Assembly: GCA_965178125.1 (NCBI GenBank) | Contig: OZ237771.1 | Coordinates: 310,001-374,000, forward strand | Length of the DNA stretch: 64,000 nucleotides | Direction of reading: 5' to 3' | Origin: Bilabrum cf. latius | Taxonomy: Eukaryota | Shown here: in pieces, positions 63,526-64,000 of the stretch | Layout of the letters: each line of letters begins with the position of its first letter | Numbering within the stretch: the stretch's first letter is position 1 | Program-made: the position numbers and the translations under genes | Notes under the pieces: generated by a model | Databases searched by the model: none | What the model was told of the DNA's origin: nothing | The model's input: the letters and a program-made list of their open reading frames with translations, nothing else

Positions 63526-63999
63526 TCAAGATACCACGCACCCTTTATCATCATCTCTGGACTCCGCGGACCCCGGAGCTCCTCCGCCCGAAGCGCCCCC
63601 CATCGGGGGCCCGCCGGCCCCACCCCCAACCCCATCCGGATTGGGAGGGCTCGCCCACCCACTCGTCACACCGTTACCCGTACCACTACTCCCAATCCCT
63701 CCTGGCGGCGGAGCGTACCAACCCTGACCCCCGGGCCCGCCATTGCCACTGCCACTACCACTGCCACTGCCACCATACGTCGCACCAGAACTCGCCCCAG
63801 ACGGACCGAGCCCGCCGCCCTGAGGTGCCCCCGGGTATGCTCTCAGATCGGGAGCCGAAGGTCCGGGATACGCGGGTGCCTACGGGGCGTACGGGTCGTG
63901 TGACGAGTATCCCGGGCCGCCTACCATCGGGGCAGATCCACCCCCCACGGCCCCGGGGTCATCGCCCCCCCATGAGGGGGTTCCCGTTCCGGCTCCGAA
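63526..63999 (-). CDS. 3' end of a gene entering from beyond the window; G/P/Y-rich tail ending in a CaaX box (DDDKGCVVS-stop)
   Basis: Open frame 63999 to TGA 63526-63528 with one TAG at 63880. Not in the ORF track. Confidence 0.6.
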
Positions 64000-64000
64000 T

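Overview
Gene-dense, GC-rich nuclear DNA of a unicellular eukaryote with GT-AG spliceosomal introns. Gene style suggests a marine heterotrophic stramenopile (bicosoecid/Cafeteria-like), but that is inference only. The key observation is a non-standard genetic code. The supplied ORF track is fragmented because TAG is a sense codon, most likely glutamine, while TAA and TGA remain stops (the pattern of NCBI table 15). Read this way, the fragments merge into about 15 genes: a beta-propeller-like protein, a head-to-head pair of secreted MACPF/perforin-like paralogs (plus two partial duplicates), a ~3,030-aa LRR protein, a greatly expanded UPF2, a probable CTC1-like OB-fold protein, a bacterial-type GH86 beta-porphyranase/agarase, two ankyrin paralogs with one repeat per exon, CHMP2/VPS2, a ~2,890-aa low-complexity protein, an HExxH metallopeptidase-like protein, a bacterial-type GH82 iota-carrageenase, a protein with a duplicated Cys-rich domain, and the CaaX-ending 3' part of a last gene. 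The window also holds a tyrosine-recombinase transposon relic, a receiver-domain pseudo-exon, four tandem repeats and three over-represented short DNA words. Family calls come from remembered motifs, not database searches.
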